DNA of 64,000 nucleotides from a virus: the IMG/VR virus record IMGVR_UViG_3300047325_000181, positions 4,855 through 68,854 of that record. One strand, written 5' to 3'. Position 1 is the stretch's first letter; each line of letters begins with the position of its first letter. The position numbers and the translations under genes were made by a program. This document shows, piece by piece, positions 55,125-63,619 of the stretch. The notes under the pieces were generated by a model that searched no databases, was not told the DNA's origin, and saw only the letters and a program-made list of their open reading frames with translations.

Positions 55125-56693
55125 ATGATGACGTACGAATACGACGAGACGACCCCGGCCGAAGCCGCCGCCTACGAGAGCGACCAGGCCGAAGAACTCG
55201 CGGCGATGGAAGCCGCCAGGGACACCTTCACGTTCCCAGCCTACCGGCTCGCGGTCTTTGAAGAGACGTTCCTCGCGAAGATGAACAAGGTGGCCGCGAA
55301 GCTCGGGGTCGAGCCGGTCACGGTCGAGGTGCTGGAGCGCTTCGAGAAGCCGCGCGACATGGTGACCATCCTCGACGAAGCAGGCGTCCCGCACAAGGCC
55401 GTGACCGAGTTCACGGAGTGGGTCGAGTGGGTCACGGTCAAGGTGACTGGCGTCTCCCCGAAGCTCGCGGGCTGGCAGTTCGCCGCCACGCTCGACCAGC
55501 GCGCGGAAGGCGTCAACCTGTTGCGCGTGTCTCCGGCCTTCGGCCAGGAGCTTCCCGAGCGCTTTCGGACGACCGACCAGCACTGCGACCACTGCCAGAA
55601 AATCCGCAACCGGGCCGAAGTGTTCGTGCTCTTCAACGAAGAGAAGAACGAGTTCGTCCAGGTCGGACGGCAGTGCGTCAAAGAGTTCCTCGGCGGCACG
55701 GACCCGGCGCAAATCGCGCAGTGGCTCGAATACCTCGGCGACATGGAAGCCGCCTTCGAGTCGAGCGATGAAGAGTTCGAGGGCCGCTTCGGCGGTTCTC
55801 CCGAGCCCCGCTACGAAGCGCTCGACGTGCTGACGTGGGCGGCGGTCGCGACGCGGGTGTACGGGTTCTGCAGCAAAGGCGCTGCCTACAACAACCCGAG
55901 CGTCCGCTCGACGGCCGACCGGGTCGAGGTGCGGCTCTCCGGCAAGGACGAGTACCTGAAGAAGCGCTGGGGCGGCCCAGACGGCACGAAGTCCGGCTTG
56001 CTGGAGCACGAAGTGACCGAGGCCGACAAGGCGCTCGCGAGCGGCGTGTTCGAGTACGTGGCCGGTCTCAAAGGCCAGAGCGACTACGAGTACAACCTCA
56101 AGACGCTCTTCAAGACGCTCGACAAAGTGAAGCCGAAGGACTTCGGCATGGTCTGCTCCGCCGTGGGGAGCTACCAGAAGTTCCTCGGTCTCCAGGCGCA
56201 GTGGGAAATCGAGCGGGCCCAGCGTGAGGCGCAAATGGCCGGAAAGACGGCCGCGGCGTTCGTCGGCGAAGTGGGCGGCCGGTACGCGGCGCTCCTGAAG
56301 CTGGTCGCAACGAAAGAGTTCGCGAGCGACGGCTACGGGTACGGCGACACCGGGAAGCGGACGCTCGTGACCTTCCTCGACGAGAGCGGGAACGTGCTGA
56401 AGTGGTTCACAGGCGACCTCGCCGGAACGAAGTTCAACGTCGAGCCGGGCACGACGCTCGACCTGGCCTTCACGGTCAAGAAACACGACGAGTACAAGGG
56501 CGAGAAGCAAACGATGCTCTCGCGGGTCGGAGCGCCGCCGAAGAAGCGCCCTCCGGCCCCGCAGGTCTCGCTCCCGCGCGGCCACGCCGCTCCGCTCGAA
56601 CCCTCGACGCACGAGCCCGAAGAGTACGACCGCGCCGGAGACGACCCGGTCGGGGTTCAGGTGAACGCCCACGGCGACCCCATCAACCTATGA
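55125..56693 (+). CDS. Large conserved-looking phage protein with CxxC and C-terminal OB-like fold
   Basis: HCDHC..R..VQVGRQC; C-terminal DESGNVLKWFT..FTVKKHDEYKGEKQT..R. Confidence 0.7.
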   Translation: MMTYEYDETTPAEAAAYESDQAEELAAMEAARDTFTFPAYRLAVFEETFLAKMNKVAAKLGVEPVTVEVLERFEKPRDMVTILDEAGVPHKAVTEFTEWVEWVTVKVTGVSPKLAGWQFAATLDQRAEGVNLLRVSPAFGQELPERFRTTDQHCDHCQKIRNRAEVFVLFNEEKNEFVQVGRQCVKEFLGGTDPAQIAQWLEYLGDMEAAFESSDEEFEGRFGGSPEPRYEALDVLTWAAVATRVYGFCSKGAAYNNPSVRSTADRVEVRLSGKDEYLKKRWGGPDGTKSGLLEHEVTEADKALASGVFEYVAGLKGQSDYEYNLKTLFKTLDKVKPKDFGMVCSAVGSYQKFLGLQAQWEIERAQREAQMAGKTAAAFVGEVGGRYAALLKLVATKEFASDGYGYGDTGKRTLVTFLDESGNVLKWFTGDLAGTKFNVEPGTTLDLAFTVKKHDEYKGEKQTMLSRVGAPPKKRPPAPQVSLPRGHAAPLEPSTHEPEEYDRAGDDPVGVQVNAHGDPINL

Positions 56694-56704
56694 AAGGACC
56701 CTAG

Positions 56705-57304
56705 ATGACACTCGAAGACAGCCTGAACGAACTCGGCGCGGCGTTCCAAATCGCCCCGCTCGCGCACCGCGGCCAGACGCGCGCCGACGGCGTGACCCCC
56801 TACATCTTCCATCCGATGCGCGTCGAGCAACTCGTGGCCTTTTGGGGAGCCAAAGACTTGGACTTGCTTCCGTGGGAGCCGCGCACCGAGGAGCTTCTCC
56901 GTATGCGGGCCGCGGCGCTCATGCACGACGTCGTCGAGGACACGACGTATTCACTCGAAACGCTCGATGGGTTTGGCTTCAGTCACGAGCTTCTCGACCT
57001 CGTCGACCTGCTGACGAAACCCGACAACGGACCGGCCGGGCCGGACTACTACAAGCGCATCGCAACGAGCCGGGAAGCGCTCGTCGTCAAGTGCGCCGAC
57101 CGCTGCACGAACCTCGAAGACGCCATCAAAAGCGTCAAAGCGGGAGACGGCATCGAGCGCTGGCGGGCGTACGCCGAGAAGACGGAGCGTGATGTGCTCC
57201 CCCTCTACGAAGAAATCGAGTGGAGCGACCTCCACTGGGAACTCGTCGAACGGCTGACGTTCCTAAACTACGCCCTAGATGCGGTCAGCCGGGTCCGCCT
57301 TTAA
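56705..57304 (+). CDS. HD-domain hydrolase, RelA/SpoT (Mesh1/small alarmone hydrolase) type
   Basis: AHRGQTRADGVTPYIFHP..AAALMHDVVEDT..VKCADR..N. Confidence 0.85.
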   Translation: MTLEDSLNELGAAFQIAPLAHRGQTRADGVTPYIFHPMRVEQLVAFWGAKDLDLLPWEPRTEELLRMRAAALMHDVVEDTTYSLETLDGFGFSHELLDLVDLLTKPDNGPAGPDYYKRIATSREALVVKCADRCTNLEDAIKSVKAGDGIERWRAYAEKTERDVLPLYEEIEWSDLHWELVERLTFLNYALDAVSRVRL

Positions 57305-57586
57305 GGCGCTGACGTCGGCGCGCTTCAGTAGCTCCGTCCAGAGGTAGTCGTTGCGCTCACGCAGGCGCTCGATGTCCTCTTCCCGGAGCTTCACCTTGTC
57401 GCGCAGTGCCTCGTTCTCCGCGATACGGCCTTCCGCCAGCGACTGCCAAACGGCGGTCGCTTCGTGCATGTCCGCCACCCGCTTGTCACGGTAGCGAGCA
57501 ATCGTCGCAAGGACGGCCGCAACGGCGCCTCCGACCGACATGAGCGGCACGAGGAAGGCGTTGATGTACGGTGACAACTCGGGCAC
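57275..57586 (-). CDS. Single-TM coiled-coil protein, holin-like
   Basis: N-terminal TM then charged coiled coil. Confidence 0.5.
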   Translation of the reverse strand: MPELSPYINAFLVPLMSVGGAVAAVLATIARYRDKRVADMHEATAVWQSLAEGRIAENEALRDKVKLREEDIERLRERNDYLWTELLKRADVSALKADPADRI

Positions 57587-57604
57587 GGGCCTGTCCTCGC
57601 ATTA

Positions 57605-57826
57605 TTAGGAAGCGCTGCTAAGTACCACGTTCAGGCCCGGGGCAAGAAACTCTCTTTCTCCCTTGTCAACATCGCCTCGATGCGCTGGTTCGTGTACCAA
57701 ACCGAGATGAGGACACTGACGAGCGTGGCAATCATGCCGACGATGACATCCCCCGAACTGCAAATCGACGAGAAGGTGGCCATAAGTCAAACACTCCCCA
57801 AGAAACCAGAGTCTCGGAGTTCTCAA
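57605..57826 (-). CDS. Small Cys/His-rich protein
   Basis: CHRRHDCH..CPH. Confidence 0.45.
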   Translation of the reverse strand: MRTPRLWFLGECLTYGHLLVDLQFGGCHRRHDCHARQCPHLGLVHEPAHRGDVDKGEREFLAPGLNVVLSSAS

Positions 57827-57850
57827 TTCTGACTAACGAGTAGCAGTTCC

Positions 57851-58180
57851 CTACCCCGAGCGCCGCCCGATGTGCCAGCCGTGCTCCTTGCACGGGTACG
57901 GCGCCGCCCAGGACTCGTTCATGTCAAGGACGACCTGCCAGGCTTCATCATAGGTCGCGAAGGCGACCTTCGGGTTGCCGGTCTTCTTGTTGACGCACTG
58001 CGCGGTCGTCGTGATTTGGTGCCAGCACTGGTGCTTCTCGCACTTCCAGACGCGCGCAGCCACGCCCGCCGCCGCTTCCGCGTCGTCGCGCGCCGCATAC
58101 GAAATGAGGTGGTCGCAGTCGGGCTCTACCTGGAGCTTCCGAAAGCGGGCCCAGTCACGAAACCTTTTTGCCGGGACCAT
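57851..58180 (-). CDS. Protein with duplicated Y..C..H..WH motif
   Basis: WKCEKHQCWH and YPCKEHGWH. Confidence 0.55.
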   Translation of the reverse strand: MVPAKRFRDWARFRKLQVEPDCDHLISYAARDDAEAAAGVAARVWKCEKHQCWHQITTTAQCVNKKTGNPKVAFATYDEAWQVVLDMNESWAAPYPCKEHGWHIGRRSG

Positions 58181-58547
58181 TGACGCATTCCATTGCATGA
58201 CGCCCGGTATGCTTGTAGTCCAAGCAGAAGCTGCAAATGCGGAAATAGTCCGCCAGCATCATTGCGAAGTTCGCAACATCAGCGCACTCGCATGCGACGG
58301 CCTCGGCTTGCGCGGCGTCGGGAAACGCCTCCCAGGACTCGTTCATCTTCGCAATGGCCTCCTGAAGCTCGACGAACTCTTCGCGCAGACGGGCGATGAG
58401 GTACGGAGCCGTTATCTTCAGGTCGAGCCAGTGCCCCTTGTGGAGATTCTTCAGCATCTTGAAGCGCATGACTTCCGTGATGTAAGCGAGCGCTTCGTCG
58501 ACGTCGTCGGCCGTAACCGGCGTGTCGGCTATCCGTGATGTACTCAT
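58155..58547 (-). CDS. MazG-like nucleotide pyrophosphohydrolase
   Basis: LREEFVELQEA..ECADVANFAMML; preceded by CGTGGTATACT and GGAGG. Confidence 0.75.
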   Translation of the reverse strand: MSTSRIADTPVTADDVDEALAYITEVMRFKMLKNLHKGHWLDLKITAPYLIARLREEFVELQEAIAKMNESWEAFPDAAQAEAVACECADVANFAMMLADYFRICSFCLDYKHTGRHAMECVNGPGKKVS

Positions 58548-58635
58548 GGGTCCTCCGTAAGTCAAAGTATACCACGGCCATCAAGGAAGGTCTAGGAGTG
58601 AACGAAGTCGGAGTTACTCACAGGACGCTTGCTAG

Positions 58636-60189
58636 TTGAGGTCTTCGTTTTTGGGCAACTCCCAAACACGTCGCGCGACACCTGAAGAGGTCATGTCCCT
58701 CTTTGAGAAGTGCGGCGATTCTGCGCTCATCGCCAAGAAGTTGGGGCTGAGCCGCAGTCGAGTCAACCGCATCATCGCGGACTACCGGGCCAAGCATGGC
58801 CTGCCGAAAGAGACGATGTACGCGAGCGGCGTCAGTGACGCGGCTCTCCTGCGCGCCCACGATGAAACCGGCCAAGACGTCGCGCTCACCGCGAAAGCCG
58901 TCGGCCTCTCGTATTCGCAAGTTCACCGGCGCCTCACGCGCATCCGGCTGGCAGGCGGCTCCTCGGCTCGCCCGCACATCTTCGAGGCCGACCCGGCAAG
59001 CGACAAGCCGAACCGCGTCGACGGCGTCCGCGAGCGCGCGGGTGTTCCGCTCGATGCCATCCGGCGCGTCACCGGCGGAACGCTGCGCGAGTGGGGCGTG
59101 GCCATCAAGAACAAGGACGGCGAGTTCGAGGAGCACGGGCTCTACGGCACGACCCTCAAGTTCACGGTCGACACGCCCGAGTTTCCGCTCATCCAGCCCG
59201 CGACGCCGACCAAAATCGTCTACAACAAAGTCCCGCGCATCCTGCGCAAAGTGCATCAGGGCCTCATCATCAGCGACGCGCAAATCGGCTACCTGCGCGG
59301 CATCCAGTCCGGCCTGCTCGATACGATTCACGACCCGCGCGCGATGGAAGTGGCCCGGCAAATCACCGGCACCATCGCCCCCGAGTTCCTCGGCTTTATC
59401 GGCGACTGGGTCGACTTCTCGTGGATTTCACGCTGGACGAAGCAGCCCGAGTTCTTCGGCATCGCGCAGCCCTCGATTCAGGCCGGGTACGAGTGGAAGG
59501 CGCGCTTCATCGCCGCGGCACCGCAGAGCGCCCGAAAGATGGAGATAGGCTCGAACCATCAGGTCCGGCCCGACAAGTTCGTCCTCGAATACAATCGCGA
59601 GTCGCTCGGTCTCACGCGCGCGCGACGCCCCGGCGACCAGGGACCAGAGTGGCATGTCTTCTCCGAACAGTTCCTCTGCCGGTACGACGAACTCGGCGTC
59701 GAGTTTAGCGGCCAGTATCCCGGCGGCGAGTTCTTCGTGACGCCGGACCTGGCGCTCATGCATGCGCCTCCGAAGAAGTCCGAGTTCAACGCGAGCGTGA
59801 TTCACGGGCACACCCATAAGCTCGGCAACGCGACGACCCACGTCACGCACGATAACGCCGGACGCCACGAGTACGCGACCTGGGACACGGGATGCCTGTG
59901 CCGGACGGACGCGACGACCGACAAGCGCCGCCTCATGGTCACGGCCGTGCCGTCCGACCGCGGGCGCACCGACTGGCTCCAGGGCATCATCCATTTCGAG
60001 TGGATGGAGTACGGCGGCGGGACCAAGCACCAGATTCACCCGATTCACATTTTCGACGGCCACGCGCTCTATCAGGGCGACAGCTATGACGTGGCCAAAG
60101 ACTTCGACGAGGGCATCCTCGCGAACGGCTACGGGTACGAAACGAAGCCTAGTCGAGTCCCGGTTGCGAGCCCTGCTTCACGCCCGTAA
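58636..60189 (+). CDS. Calcineurin-like metallophosphoesterase with two N-terminal HTH-like domains
   Basis: ISDAQ, GDWVD, GSNH, MH, IHGHTH, TGCLC motifs. Confidence 0.8.
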   Translation: MRSSFLGNSQTRRATPEEVMSLFEKCGDSALIAKKLGLSRSRVNRIIADYRAKHGLPKETMYASGVSDAALLRAHDETGQDVALTAKAVGLSYSQVHRRLTRIRLAGGSSARPHIFEADPASDKPNRVDGVRERAGVPLDAIRRVTGGTLREWGVAIKNKDGEFEEHGLYGTTLKFTVDTPEFPLIQPATPTKIVYNKVPRILRKVHQGLIISDAQIGYLRGIQSGLLDTIHDPRAMEVARQITGTIAPEFLGFIGDWVDFSWISRWTKQPEFFGIAQPSIQAGYEWKARFIAAAPQSARKMEIGSNHQVRPDKFVLEYNRESLGLTRARRPGDQGPEWHVFSEQFLCRYDELGVEFSGQYPGGEFFVTPDLALMHAPPKKSEFNASVIHGHTHKLGNATTHVTHDNAGRHEYATWDTGCLCRTDATTDKRRLMVTAVPSDRGRTDWLQGIIHFEWMEYGGGTKHQIHPIHIFDGHALYQGDSYDVAKDFDEGILANGYGYETKPSRVPVASPASRP

Positions 60190-60439
60190 ACCAGGCGCAG
60201 ATGTGCGAGACGACCGTCGGCGTCTTGATGGAGAACACGAGCCCGCACTTGTGATGCTCGTAGTCTGAGACGAACTGGTTGTAGTCGACCGGCTCGTACG
60301 TGCCGTCGTACTGGTTCTTGTACGACGAGTAGTAGTTCTGCTGCACGGCGGTCGAGCACGGGAAGAACGCGAAGCAGAGCGCGACGACGGCGCCCGCAAG
60401 CGCTGCGCTAGAAGTTGACGCTCGCCGTGAGCGTGACAT
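60149..60439 (-). CDS. Possible exported small protein
   Basis: Signal-like hydrophobic segment; overlaps neighbours. Confidence 0.35.
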   Translation of the reverse strand: MSRSRRASTSSAALAGAVVALCFAFFPCSTAVQQNYYSSYKNQYDGTYEPVDYNQFVSDYEHHKCGLVFSIKTPTVVSHICAWFTGVKQGSQPGLD

Positions 60440-61499
60440 CCTGGCCATCCGTATGCGTGATGCCGACCGAATAGGTGCCGTTATCGAAGGTGACGTTCAC
60501 GCTCTGCACGAGCGCTGAGACGCTCACGACAAGCTGGCCGTCGAGGTCCTTCGCGGTCGCGCTCGGGTCGCTCGCAACCTTGGCAAGAATGCCCGCGGCG
60601 ATGGCGTTGATGTCGGCATTCGAGGGGTTGACGGTGAGGCTCATCGGTGTGAAGTCCAGTCCCATCGCAGCGCCGGGCTCGAACATGAGGCCCGGCTTGT
60701 CGCCGCAGAGGTCGCGGTAGAAACAGGCCGCGGCGTACTCGGCACGAGCGCCCCGCGACTTCTCCCAACCCTTCAGGAAGTAGACGAAGTCCACCCTTCC
60801 CACCGCGCGCAAATCCCACTTCATCATGCGGCGTATGAAGTTCTGGCGCGCGACCGGGTTCTTCTTAAAGAGTGTCGCGAGCGGAGATTCATCGTCGGCC
60901 GGGTCAAGACCAGCCTCCCGGTCGTGGTCGGCTGGCGAAAGCACCTTGAACCCTAATTTGGAGAGCCTGTCTCGGGCTGCGTCAAACGCAGGGAAATTGA
61001 GTAGCTCGTAACCGGACATCGGCCCGGCTAGGTACAGAAGCGGCTGCTTCGATGGCTCGCGATGCTCGTCCAAGTAGTCAAGCATTTGCGCCAAGACCTC
61101 GGGGTCTTCGCGCAACATTCCCAACGAGCGATTGCAGCGCATGCACAGAAGGCCGCGAATCTTCCCGTTTTCGTGGTCATGGTCGACCGCTAGAGGCAGT
61201 CTTTTGTACTGATTTCGAGCAGTTTCGCCGTGCCAGCAAATCGCGCAGACACCGCCCTGCTGTTCGAGTAAGGCATCGTATTCTGCTGGCGTCATGCCAT
61301 GAGACGCCCTAAGATTCATGCGCCGAAGCTCGCCCGGCGCTCGCTGACGTCGCTCTCGATGATAAGTCGCGTTCGCGTCCTTGCATGGCCGACAGCGACA
61401 GCCGAGACGATACGTTGCCATAAGACCGTGGGCGGCATCGTGCGCTGCTAGGCGCTTACTGAGCCGGTCCCAGAAGGTCTTCTCGGAGTTCATCCCCAT
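60408..61499 (-). CDS. Endonuclease VII-like domain fused to DUF4406 (nucleoside deoxyribosyltransferase-like) and a C-terminal beta-rich domain
   Basis: YDALLEQQGGVCAIC..LAVDHDH..RGLLCMRCN; LYLAGPMSG..NFPAF..GWEKSRGARAE. Confidence 0.85.
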   Translation of the reverse strand: MGMNSEKTFWDRLSKRLAAHDAAHGLMATYRLGCRCRPCKDANATYHRERRQRAPGELRRMNLRASHGMTPAEYDALLEQQGGVCAICWHGETARNQYKRLPLAVDHDHENGKIRGLLCMRCNRSLGMLREDPEVLAQMLDYLDEHREPSKQPLLYLAGPMSGYELLNFPAFDAARDRLSKLGFKVLSPADHDREAGLDPADDESPLATLFKKNPVARQNFIRRMMKWDLRAVGRVDFVYFLKGWEKSRGARAEYAAACFYRDLCGDKPGLMFEPGAAMGLDFTPMSLTVNPSNADINAIAAGILAKVASDPSATAKDLDGQLVVSVSALVQSVNVTFDNGTYSVGITHTDGQDVTLTASVNF

Positions 61500-61657
61500 C
61501 AGTACGAGGGCCCCGTGAAGCGCTTTTCAACGCCGCATCCGCGGTCGCACGTAAAGATGCGGCAGAGGACCGTGTAGCCGGTCCAGCCGTCCTCGACCGT
61601 GTAGTCGGCGCGACGCCACTTCCCACGATGCAGCCCGAGGCGGCAGAGGATACTCAT
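61499..61657 (-). CDS. 52-aa Cys/His microprotein
   Basis: MSILCRLGLH..W; manual translation. Confidence 0.55.
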   Translation of the reverse strand: MSILCRLGLHRGKWRRADYTVEDGWTGYTVLCRIFTCDRGCGVEKRFTGPSY

Positions 61658-61842
61658 TCCCAGTCGACCGGCCCCGTCGTCGAGAACGCGAGCCAGCCGG
61701 ACGAGACGAGCGTCTTCACGCCGTCCGAGTCGATGTGGCCGACCGTGCCGTCTTCGAGCCGAATCGTCTTCACGACGTTGGGCACCTCGATGACGTTGCC
61801 GGTGCCGAAATCGTAGGAAAAGGTCGGGAGCTTCTCAGCCAC
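61654..61842 (-). CDS. Hypothetical protein
   Basis: GTG start, coupled. Confidence 0.55.
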   Translation of the reverse strand: MAEKLPTFSYDFGTGNVIEVPNVVKTIRLEDGTVGHIDSDGVKTLVSSGWLAFSTTGPVDWE

Positions 61843-62071
61843 GGTTCCTCTTTCGTGACGCCTTCTCGATGGCGCGCTTCTTGCGTTTGGTATTCTCGCG
61901 TAATTTCGTCGGCATTTGCTGGCCAAACGCGCGCGGGCCGGTCGCCTTGCGGGGAGCAAAGAGCGACGCCAGGAGCGGCGGAAGCGGAGCGGGCGGCTCT
62001 AACTGGGGATTGAGGCCGCCGCCAAAGCTCGACGGGTCGACGAGTTGGGTGGTCTCTTCCATTACGTCCAT
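61835..62071 (-). CDS. Small basic protein
   Basis: C-terminal KRKKRAIEKASRKRNR. Confidence 0.55.
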   Translation of the reverse strand: MDVMEETTQLVDPSSFGGGLNPQLEPPAPLPPLLASLFAPRKATGPRAFGQQMPTKLRENTKRKKRAIEKASRKRNRG

Positions 62072-62166
62072 TCTCCGTCGTGCTCCCTAGAAAAGTCAAG
62101 GGGCCAACGGGACGAACCCGCTAACCCCTTGGCCGCTTGCAGCCGCTACTGCTTGACTCGCTATTC

Positions 62167-62871
62167 CTACAGGATGGGCGTTCCACCCTGCGGCTTGAGC
62201 AACGCCGCGAACTGGTCGACGCGCGCGGCGAGGTTCTTGCCGTACAGCAGCGCGTCCCCGCGAGCGATAGCGTCGAGCGTTCCCTCGCGGCCCTCGTTGT
62301 AGGCATTGAAGGCGACGACACGGGGCGCATAGTCCCTGAGTTGCTCTTTCGAGAGGGTGAGTGACCAGGCGAGAAGCCCTTCGGCGGTCGCCACGAGGTC
62401 TTTGATGGCCCACTCCGGGTCGAGGGCCTTCGCTATCATCTCGTCCTGCGTGAGACCGGCCATGCCCGGGTGTCCGCTCATGTAGAGCCCGTCGATTTGC
62501 ACGAGCCCGTAGTCGGTCCGCTCGAACACGTTCGGCTTCTTCTCGGCCTCCTGGTTGTTCGGGTTGATGGCTTGCGCGTCGAAGAGCGACTCGCCGCATA
62601 TCCAGGCCGCAAGCATCGGCCGGTTCACGAAGAGCGTTCCGTACTCGCTGATGAGCGCGTCGATATGCGCAGCCTGGGCGGACGTCACGAGATGGATGAC
62701 GGCGCCGGACGCCTTCACCCACGAGTCGACTGCAAAGGCAGCGATGACCGCGGGATTGTTCTTGATGGCGATAAGCTCGGGCAGCGTGAGCGGACCGCCG
62801 CCGTTACGTATCAAGCCCCAGTGCCAGTCGCACTGTTCGAGTTGCTGGATGGTGAGGTGCGTGGCGCTCAT
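62167..62871 (-). CDS. Lytic transglycosylase (SLT/lysozyme-like), possible second endolysin
   Basis: CGESLFDAQAIN..TDYGLVQI..AYNEG. Confidence 0.8.
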   Translation of the reverse strand: MSATHLTIQQLEQCDWHWGLIRNGGGPLTLPELIAIKNNPAVIAAFAVDSWVKASGAVIHLVTSAQAAHIDALISEYGTLFVNRPMLAAWICGESLFDAQAINPNNQEAEKKPNVFERTDYGLVQIDGLYMSGHPGMAGLTQDEMIAKALDPEWAIKDLVATAEGLLAWSLTLSKEQLRDYAPRVVAFNAYNEGREGTLDAIARGDALLYGKNLAARVDQFAALLKPQGGTPIL

Positions 62872-63299
62872 CGCTTACGCCGCGTGGCCTTCTTGACGGG
62901 GCGCTTTTTCTCGCCGGTCAGCCGCTCCGGTAACGGCTCGTAGGCGCGGAAGTCGTAGGCCTCGTCCTCGACCGCGACGGCGAACGCGAGCCGCGTGAGC
63001 GCGTTCCAGAGATGGCGCTCGCTGCGGTCGCCCATCATGTACTTGTAGATGTGGATGAGCGCATGCCGAAGCTGCTCGTTGAGCGGAATACGGCGCCAGT
63101 TATTGCGGCTGTACTTTTGGGCCCCGGCGCCGACGACGGCGGAGATGGCCAGGAGCGCTTCGGCCGGAACGAGGTCGGGCGCGAGGGTGCCGGTGCTGCT
63201 CTGCGCGCCGCCGTGCGCACCGACGACGGTCGGGGCGACGCCGTCCGCAGTCTCGTCGATGAGGCGGCGGACGGCGGCCGGGACGGGGAACTCGCCCAC
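62868..63299 (-). CDS. dATP/dGTP diphosphohydrolase-like (DUF5664)
   Basis: DLVPAEALLAISAVVGAGAQKYSRNNWRR..HALIH..HLWNA. Confidence 0.8.
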   Translation of the reverse strand: MGEFPVPAAVRRLIDETADGVAPTVVGAHGGAQSSTGTLAPDLVPAEALLAISAVVGAGAQKYSRNNWRRIPLNEQLRHALIHIYKYMMGDRSERHLWNALTRLAFAVAVEDEAYDFRAYEPLPERLTGEKKRPVKKATRRKR

Positions 63300-63523
63300 T
63301 AGGCGCTGGTCACGGTGGTCGGGCTCAGGTTAAACGAGGCCGTGAACGGCTTCCCGTAGACGCTGAGCGGGAACGCCACGCTGGCAGCGCCACCGGACGC
63401 GGCCGAGGCGAGAGCGGTCTCGATTTGAGGCACGATGACCTCGATGTCCTGGACGACGACGTTCTTCCCGGCGATGGCCTGAAGAAGCGTAAGGGCAAGG
63501 GCGATGAGTTCCTGGGTCGACAC
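63299..63523 (-). CDS. Small hydrophobic protein
   Basis: N-terminal hydrophobic helix; GAGGA SD. Confidence 0.5.
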   Translation of the reverse strand: MSTQELIALALTLLQAIAGKNVVVQDIEVIVPQIETALASAASGGAASVAFPLSVYGKPFTASFNLSPTTVTSA

Positions 63524-63583
63524 GATAGCGAGGTCCTCTCGGGAAGAAGTGGTCCTCCAAGTCTACCTTACCGGAGGCCTGAC

Positions 63584-63613
63584 TTGCAAGCAGCGCGCTG
63601 GATATGGTAGCAT
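63584..63613 (+). promoter_or_regulatory. Promoter with operator, leaderless
   Basis: TTGCAA-18-TAGCAT, CAGCGCGCTG at 63591-63600, ATG 6 nt later. Confidence 0.75.
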
Positions 63614-63619
63614 AGGGGC

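Noticed and set aside
56705-57304. HD protein as DatZ of a Z-genome pathway
   Set aside because: Motifs fit the RelA/SpoT HD family and no purZ is in the window.
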